Shown here in pieces: positions 15,399 through 20,696 of a stretch of DNA of 20,696 nucleotides; the first letter of the stretch is position 1; each line of letters starts with the position of its first letter. The notes beneath the pieces were generated by a model. The model saw only the letters and a program-made list of their open reading frames with translations, searched no databases and was not told the DNA's origin. The stretch is from Candidatus Iainarchaeum sp. (GTDB taxonomy: Archaea > Iainarchaeota > Iainarchaeia > Iainarchaeales > Iainarchaeaceae). Made by a program: the position numbers and the translations under genes. Where the stretch lies: positions 1 through 20,696 of the forward strand of contig JBDRLP010000036.1 of the NCBI GenBank assembly GCA_043812975.1, read 5' to 3'.

Positions 15399-16082
15399 GT
15401 TCATAAACTTTTTTCTTTCTTTTTCTGAAAACTTTTCAATTGAATAACGGAGCATAGTTCTTGGCATTTTGGATTTGTGTTTTTCAAGAAATTTTACAAG
15501 TGCTTTTTTATCCTTTTTTCCTGCTTCCCTTAGCATCCAACCAACTGCCTTATGCATCAAATCATGGGAATCATTGAGAAGGATTTCACCAAGCTTGAAA
15601 GTGTCATTCAAATCATTTCTTTTTATGAAAGCAAAAGTTGAAAGAACTGCGATTCTTTTTTCCCATAAATCATTTGATTCTGCAAGTTCGTACAAAATTT
15701 TTCTGGGTTTGTCAACAAGATATTCTCCTGGAATTTTCGGAGCACTCAAATCAACCAAATCCCAATTATTCACGTACTTAGTATTTTTTAAATAAAACTC
15801 AAAAATTTGTTTTTGTTCTTCTTCATTTGCTTTGCTAAACTTTTCCACCAACACCAACAAAGCACAGAGTCTTTCCTCATGAAATTTTGAGGAAAGGGAT
15901 TTTTTCAATTCAGGAAGCGAAAGTGAAATAAATTTTTTGGCAACTTTTCTTGTATCAGGAACAGTAACTCCGAGGAAAACATCCCCTTCCCCATATTCTC
16001 CTTTTCCTGTTTTGAAAAACCAAGCATTAACTTTAGCTCTTTTCTTGGTTGAAACCTTTTTGAGTTCTGAAAGCATTGACAT
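15384..16082 (-). CDS. alkD: AlkD-like DNA alkylation repair glycosylase (HEAT-repeat)
   Basis: FFKTGKGEYGEGDVFLGVTVP, HEERLCAL, VNNWDLVDLSAP, LWEKRIA, HDLMHKAVGWMLREAGK and MPRTMLRYSIEKF. Confidence 0.9.
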   Translation of the reverse strand: MSMLSELKKVSTKKRAKVNAWFFKTGKGEYGEGDVFLGVTVPDTRKVAKKFISLSLPELKKSLSSKFHEERLCALLVLVEKFSKANEEEQKQIFEFYLKNTKYVNNWDLVDLSAPKIPGEYLVDKPRKILYELAESNDLWEKRIAVLSTFAFIKRNDLNDTFKLGEILLNDSHDLMHKAVGWMLREAGKKDKKALVKFLEKHKSKMPRTMLRYSIEKFSEKERKKFMNLTKK

Positions 16083-16112
16083 GATAATAATTAGGAAACT
16101 AATAATTTATAA

Positions 16113-16667
16113 TTAGTTTTTCAGAAGAGTGATTCCACCAACCAGACCACCAAGCATTGCAGTAGCAAACTGAACCAAACCCATTGGAAGCAAAAAAATT
16201 TCAGGAACCAAATTAATTGAAACCAAAATTAAAGTAAATGCGAAAATAATTCCTGCTTTAAGCAGTGAAGAAGAGAAAACCGCGAGAGCATAATTTAGTT
16301 TGTTTACTAGTTTGAGGTTTTTGATTGCAAAAACATAGGCCGCATTACCAAGCCAGATGAACGGAACCAAGTACACAAGGAAAATTGTGAATTCAGCAAA
16401 AATAAACCCTGAAAGTATAGCTGCTATTGCAGGAAGAATAATTATTGGAAGAGATTTTTTGAATGTTAAGTGCATGGCAGAAAGAGCCAATAATGCATTA
16501 ACCAAACTACCTACAAAAATCTGATTTGGAAAATCCTTAACATGCCCGAAAATCAGAGGAATGAAAAAAACAGCAGCAGCAAAAACAAAAAAAGTAATAT
16601 TCTCAGAACTGAAAAGATTTCGGTATTTCACATTCGCGGTTGAAGAATAAGAATAATCAAATTTCAT
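16113..16667 (-). CDS. Polytopic membrane protein, ECF S-component-like
   Basis: About 5-6 hydrophobic segments; NQIFVGSLVNALL, PFIWLGN and QFATAMLGG motifs. Confidence 0.6.
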   Translation of the reverse strand: MKFDYSYSSTANVKYRNLFSSENITFFVFAAAVFFIPLIFGHVKDFPNQIFVGSLVNALLALSAMHLTFKKSLPIIILPAIAAILSGFIFAEFTIFLVYLVPFIWLGNAAYVFAIKNLKLVNKLNYALAVFSSSLLKAGIIFAFTLILVSINLVPEIFLLPMGLVQFATAMLGGLVGGITLLKN

Positions 16668-16688
16668 TAAAATACTGGGGTTTGGAAC

Positions 16689-16700
16689 AATATAAATATT
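16689..16700. promoter_or_regulatory. Shared bidirectional TATA box for the membrane-protein and hydrogenase genes
   Basis: AATATAAATATT sits in the middle of a 54-bp divergent gap, with the TATA core about 24-31 nt from each ATG (16667 and 16722). Confidence 0.5.
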
Positions 16701-16721
16701 ACTAACGCCTTAATTTTTGAA

Positions 16722-17849
16722 ATGGCAGATATAGAGAAAGTAATGGAAATCCTTGATGCTGAAAAGCTTCATGTAGTGGCTCAGGTGGCTCCTGCACTCA
16801 GGGTGACTATAGGAGAGGAATTCGGTTACAAGCCAGGAACAGTACTTACAAAAAAACTTGTCGGGGCTTTGAAAAAGGCTGGTTTTGACAAGGTATTTGA
16901 TACATCAACCGCAGCAGATGTGGTTACTGTAGAGGAAGGAACTGAATTCCTGAAAAGACTTAGAACCGGAGAATGTTTACCTCTTTTTACTTCTTGTTGT
17001 CCTGCGTCAATTCTTTATGTGGAAAACCATTTTCCAAGATATGTGGATCACTTTTGTACAGTAAAAAGCCCTCAGCAGACAATGGGTTCTCTCATCAAAA
17101 CCTATTATGCAAGGGAAATGAAAATGAAGCAAAAAGACATTTTTTCAGTTTCAATAATGCCCTGCGTGGTTAAGAAGCTGGAAGCCAAAAGACCGGAAAT
17201 GGAATTTGATGGAATAAGGCATGTGGATGCAGTGTTAACCACAAGGGATATTGCAAAACTTTTGAAAGAAAAAAAAATTAATCTTAAAGATGTAAAAGAA
17301 GCAGAGTTTGACAATCTTTTAGGCGATGCTTCAGGAGCAGGACAGTTGTTCGGAACAACAGGCGGAGTAGCTGAAGCATTATTGAGATTTGTTTCATGGA
17401 AACTTGAAGGAAAAGACAAAAGAATAGATTTCAAAGAAGTTAGAGGTAAAGAAGGTTTCAGGGAAGCAAATGTAAAAATTGCTGGCCAGAAATTCAAAAT
17501 TGCAATTGTACACGGACTGCATAACCTTAAAGATCTAATAAGCAATGAAAAAAGATTCGAGAAATACCATGTAATTGAAATGATGGTATGTCCTTTCGGC
17601 TGCGTGGGAGGTGGAGGTCAGCCAATTTCAACTCCAGAAATAAGAGAAGCTAGAAGAGAAGCACTCATCGGCATTGATTCAAAGGAACACGCAAGGTTCT
17701 GCATGGAAAACCCAGAACTCAAAAAACTTTACGATGATTATTTAGGCGAACCAGGCTCAAGAACCGCAAGTTCACTTCTGCACACTCACAGAATCTGCTT
17801 AAAATGCGGAGTGTCTCTGCAGGAAAAAATCAAGAAAGACCTGGAGTAA
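16722..17849 (+). CDS. hydA: Minimal [FeFe]-hydrogenase (group A-like H-cluster domain with fused small-subunit motif, no N-terminal ferredoxin domains)
   Basis: H-cluster motifs FTSCCPAS, SIMPCVVKKLE and EMMVCPFGCVGGGGQP, plus APALRV, KSPQQ and FGTTGGVAEA. Small-subunit motif ENPELKKLYDDYLGEPGS....LLHT. Confidence 0.93.
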   Translation: MADIEKVMEILDAEKLHVVAQVAPALRVTIGEEFGYKPGTVLTKKLVGALKKAGFDKVFDTSTAADVVTVEEGTEFLKRLRTGECLPLFTSCCPASILYVENHFPRYVDHFCTVKSPQQTMGSLIKTYYAREMKMKQKDIFSVSIMPCVVKKLEAKRPEMEFDGIRHVDAVLTTRDIAKLLKEKKINLKDVKEAEFDNLLGDASGAGQLFGTTGGVAEALLRFVSWKLEGKDKRIDFKEVRGKEGFREANVKIAGQKFKIAIVHGLHNLKDLISNEKRFEKYHVIEMMVCPFGCVGGGGQPISTPEIREARREALIGIDSKEHARFCMENPELKKLYDDYLGEPGSRTASSLLHTHRICLKCGVSLQEKIKKDLE

Positions 17850-17855
17850 TTCTTA

Positions 17856-18782
17856 ATGAAAAAAACTTTTATTCCTGAGGAATTCAGGAAAAAATATTCA
17901 AAAATAATGGAAAAAGAAAGTGACATTTTTTTTGAATATTGCAAGATTAAAATGCCAAAAAGCATCTGGATTAATTCTCTTAAAATAAAACCTGAAATTC
18001 TGATTAAAGAATTAAGAAAAAAAGACTGGATTCTTGAAAAGTTGTTTCATGAGAATGCTTATTCTTTGAAAGATGTTTCAAAGCCGGGGCAAAGTGAACA
18101 ATTCAAACAGGGTTTGTTTAATGTTCAGGAAAAAAGTTCTATGCTTCCGGCAATTGCACTATCTCCGAAAAACGGAGAAACTGTTCTGGACGCAACTGCA
18201 GCCCCTGGAAATAAAACACTGCAATTGTCCTGTTTGATGAATGGAACGGGAAAAATTGTTTGTGTTGAAAAGAATGTTAAGAGATTTAAAAGTTTGAATT
18301 TTAATGTTAGAAAATTCGGAATGAATAATGTAATTGCAAAAAGAATGGATTTGCTTGAAGCAAAAAGAAAAAATGTTTTTGATAAAGTACTTCTGGATGC
18401 TCCTTGCAGTTCTGAAGGCCTTGTTAGAAAGAATTTTGATGCACTAAAGGAATGGAATTCAGGATTGGTTGAAAGAAAAGCTGAATTGCAGAAAAAATTA
18501 CTGCAAAAATCAATTCAATTACTGAAAGTAAACGGAGAGCTTGTTTATTCAACCTGTTCTTTAAGCCCAGAAGAAAACGAAGGAGTAATAAGTAATGCAG
18601 TGAAAGCGGGAAATGTGGAATTGGTTAGTGTAAATTTTAGCGGTTTTAAAACAAGGCCTGGTTTGACAGAATATAATGGAAAGAAATTTTCTGAAGGAAT
18701 TGAAAAATGCATCAGAATTTATCCGCAGGATAATGATAGTCAGGCGTTTTTTGTTGCAAAAATAAAGAAAACTTCTACATAA
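17856..18782 (+). CDS. RsmB/NOL1/NOP2/Sun family RNA m5C methyltransferase
   Basis: VQEKSSMLP, VLDATAAPGNKT, LLDAPCSSEG and VYSTCSLSPEENE; both catalytic cysteines are present. Confidence 0.93.
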   Translation: MKKTFIPEEFRKKYSKIMEKESDIFFEYCKIKMPKSIWINSLKIKPEILIKELRKKDWILEKLFHENAYSLKDVSKPGQSEQFKQGLFNVQEKSSMLPAIALSPKNGETVLDATAAPGNKTLQLSCLMNGTGKIVCVEKNVKRFKSLNFNVRKFGMNNVIAKRMDLLEAKRKNVFDKVLLDAPCSSEGLVRKNFDALKEWNSGLVERKAELQKKLLQKSIQLLKVNGELVYSTCSLSPEENEGVISNAVKAGNVELVSVNFSGFKTRPGLTEYNGKKFSEGIEKCIRIYPQDNDSQAFFVAKIKKTST

Positions 18783-18855
18783 TTGGTTATTGTTTCACTC
18801 ATAAGGTTTTAAAACTTTCTAAATTAGAATTACTTCAGACATTTCTTTATTTTTT

Positions 18856-18968
18856 GCCCGTATAGTATATCGGTTAGTATACAGCCCTGTCAAAGCCTTT
18901 TAAAAAAAGGTTTGCGAAAATTGCGCTGCAGTCAGGCTGTGGGCCGGGTCCGACTCCCGGTGCGGGCG
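18856..18968 (+). tRNA. tRNA-Asp(GTC) with a 41-nt intron at 37/38; CCA not encoded
   Basis: Acceptor stem GCCCGTA/TGCGGGC, discriminator G at 18968, D-stem GTAT/GTAT, anticodon stem CAGCC/GGCTG, anticodon GTC at 18889-18891, T-stem CCGGG/CCCGG. Confidence 0.93.
18893..18933 (+). other. Archaeal tRNA intron with a strict bulge-helix-bulge motif
   Basis: Central 4-bp helix CTGT/GCAG, 3-nt bulges CA|A and TC|A, flanking intron helix AGC/GCT, and internal CTTTT/AAAAG hairpin. Confidence 0.88.
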
Positions 18969-18971
18969 AAT

Positions 18972-19931
18972 TTAGTCAATAGACGAAAACCATTTCGTTT
19001 GTTGTTTAACCCATTTATTTCCAACTTTCCAATAACCATCTTTCCATTTAGATAGTCTTTCAGATTTTTTATAATTGTTTAAAAGAAATACAGCATCTTC
19101 CAGCTTCTCACTTTTTCTTTTAATTGAAAAATTTATATTTTTTGCAAAGTTTTTTACCATCGCATCTTTTGAAATATAAAGCACAAATAAATCAATGGTT
19201 CTTGTAATTACCCTTCCATTGATTTTGGAATCTGATTCGCCCTTATGTTTATGCAAATATAAATTACTTTTAATACCAAAAAATTTTAACAAATATTTTA
19301 CAAACTCTAATAAACTAAAGTTAGTGCTACAGGCGACCATTACATCACAATTAAAATTTGTTGCTGCAGAAATACTTGGACAACCCTCCGAATCAGCCAA
19401 ACCCTGAATGAACTTTGCAGGAAACTTCTCAATAAACTTTTTTCCGTTTTCAAAATCCTTTTTAATTTCTTTAACAAAATTAAACAGTTTTTTGCTTCTA
19501 ACCTGAACAGAATAAGTGGCAGAATGTCCTCTCCTTGGTTTTTTATAACAAACAGCAAAACTCTTTTCTTTTTTAAGCAATTTTGAACTACAACCAGAAA
19601 ATTTTTCTACAAAGTCTCTATCAATCGCTTCTAACTTTAAAACGTATTCTTTTCTTTTAGTATTAACAATTAAGCTCCCGTCTCCAAACATGACCCCTAA
19701 AACGTAAGATAATTCTGAACTGGCTTCAGGAACAAAATAATTTTCCCCGCCAATTATTTTCACGTCATGATTAAACCAATAAGACAGTGTTCCTAGAGAC
19801 AACTTAACCTGTTTTTCATCCTTGAATTTTTTAATGATTTTTTTATAACCCAAACTTTGTTTTTTTAAATCAAAAATTTCAACATAAAAATTTTGCTGTT
19901 TTTTGGAATCTAATTGAGAAAAGGTACGCAT
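18972..19931 (-). CDS. Free-standing two-motif LAGLIDADG homing endonuclease with an N-terminal HTH-like extension
   Basis: Motifs ELSYVLGVMFGDGSL and KFIQGLADSEGC, DRDFVEKF, FAKNINFSIKRKSEKL. The N-terminus has GYKKIIKK.....KLSLGTLSYW. No intein splicing motifs were seen. Confidence 0.88.
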   Translation of the reverse strand: MRTFSQLDSKKQQNFYVEIFDLKKQSLGYKKIIKKFKDEKQVKLSLGTLSYWFNHDVKIIGGENYFVPEASSELSYVLGVMFGDGSLIVNTKRKEYVLKLEAIDRDFVEKFSGCSSKLLKKEKSFAVCYKKPRRGHSATYSVQVRSKKLFNFVKEIKKDFENGKKFIEKFPAKFIQGLADSEGCPSISAATNFNCDVMVACSTNFSLLEFVKYLLKFFGIKSNLYLHKHKGESDSKINGRVITRTIDLFVLYISKDAMVKNFAKNINFSIKRKSEKLEDAVFLLNNYKKSERLSKWKDGYWKVGNKWVKQQTKWFSSID

Positions 19932-20090
19932 ATTAATATCAAGTAAAAATAGACGAATAATCTTTCGAACCCCCTCATTGCCGATGCGATGCCAAATTTA
20001 AGTAAAATTACTAATAATGGCACTTTTGCAAAAAAAAACAATTTTTCATAAGAAAAACAATTATATACTACTTATTTCATAATAAAACTG

Positions 20091-20696
20091 ATGAAAACTA
20101 TACAAAAAGCACTTTTATTATACATTGCATTTGTTTTAATGCTGACTTTTGCAATAGGTGCACATACTACTACAGTCATCCAACCTAATGATTCAAATAG
20201 ACTTGCAGGAACGGTTGGAGTTGAATGGAATGTGGTTGATGGAAACTTTGTAACAGCCACTCATGATGTTAACATTAGTATAGCAATAAGTGCTACAGCA
20301 GGAGCATTCACAACTTATCTTATACAGGATGTTAATGCAGACACTTACTGTGGAGGCGCCGCAGATTATGCGGATGTAAATTGCACTTATACATTTAACA
20401 CTACAGCTATAGCGGATGGTAATTATTTTTTAGATTTTAATATTACAACCTTTGCTACTGCAGGACCAGCAGACCAAAACAGCGTTACTGATTCATCTGA
20501 TGCTAATTTCCAAATTGATAACTCTGTTTCCGCTTTGACAATCACAAACCCATCTAATAATTTGTCTTTGCCGATAAACACTTTTTCATTGGTATTTACT
20601 TACACTTCAAGCGAAAGCGATATTGCCGCGTATTATGTTTGGGTTGATTCAGAAGCAGAAATAAACAATGGTACAAGCACAAGTTACACGTTCTCC
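20091..20696 (+). CDS. Secreted/surface protein with Ig-like beta repeats (partial, runs off the window; not in ORF track)
   Basis: ATG at 20091 with 202 open codons. Signal MKTIQKALLLYIAFVLMLTFAIGA; Ig-like YTFNTTAIADGNYFLDFNIT...F.IDN pattern. TTATATA at 20061-20067 is about 25-30 nt upstream. Confidence 0.85.
   Translation, partial: MKTIQKALLLYIAFVLMLTFAIGAHTTTVIQPNDSNRLAGTVGVEWNVVDGNFVTATHDVNISIAISATAGAFTTYLIQDVNADTYCGGAADYADVNCTYTFNTTAIADGNYFLDFNITTFATAGPADQNSVTDSSDANFQIDNSVSALTITNPSNNLSLPINTFSLVFTYTSSESDIAAYYVWVDSEAEINNGTSTSYTFS

Noticed and set aside
12271..15795. ORFs 12271..12531, 13841..14041, 14552..14734, 14576..14788, 14978..15172 and 15469..15795
   Set aside because: They overlap confidently assigned genes in other frames or strands and show no independent signals.
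16722..17849. Nar1/Narf-like non-catalytic homologue as an alternative call for the hydrogenase
   Set aside because: It retains TSCC (proton-transfer Cys), MPCxxKxxE and ExMxCxxGCxxGGGQP, typical of catalytic group A enzymes.
18972..19931. LAGLIDADG ORF as an intein or as intron-encoded
   Set aside because: No N-terminal Cys/Ser splicing block, no C-terminal His-Asn and no host exteins. The tRNA intron is only 41 nt and closes before the ORF.
19962..19995. GGGGGTTCGAA on the minus strand resembling a tRNA T-arm (possible split tRNA or att site)
   Set aside because: No complementary T-stem 3' arm or acceptor stem follows, it does not match the 3' end of the tRNA-Asp, and there is no integrase in the window.
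16973..20260. ORFs 16973..17173, 17105..17545, 19195..19407, 19340..19558 and 20072..20260
   Set aside because: Shadow frames of hydA, the LAGLIDADG gene and the plus-strand surface protein starting at 20091.

Overview
AT-rich archaeal chromosomal window, most consistent with a DPANN archaeon (possibly Ca. Iainarchaeota/Diapherotrites; this is inference). Archaeal signs are a BHB-intron tRNA, TATA boxes about 25-30 nt upstream of start codons, Lrp/TrmB/COG1709-type regulators and KaiC+V4R genes. Left to right: (1) the end of a VirB4-like secretion ATPase locus, where the ATPase has a C-terminal PD-(D/E)xK-like extension; (2) a KaiC/RAD55 ATPase - V4R - UbiA prenyltransferase cluster; (3) an accessory island (about 6.1-15.4 kb) in which five DNA-binding regulators surround exported-protein genes: a 1082-aa Cys-repeat protein ending in a hydrophobic helix and a KHG-motif RNase-toxin-like tip, a candidate immunity gene, a PPC-like/dockerin/Kunitz protein, and a transglutaminase-like Cys enzyme with a partner; (4) an AlkD-like glycosylase, an ECF S-component-like membrane protein divergent from a minimal [FeFe]-hydrogenase, and an RsmB/NOP2 methyltransferase; (5) an intron-containing tRNA-Asp(GTC) abutting a convergent free-standing LAGLIDADG endonuclease; (6) the start of a D-x-N-rich surface protein. 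The best candidate for an undescribed system is the putative polymorphic toxin/immunity locus on a disulfide-repeat stalk, preceded by a riboswitch-like three-way-junction leader. All family assignments come from motif recognition by eye; no database searches were run.
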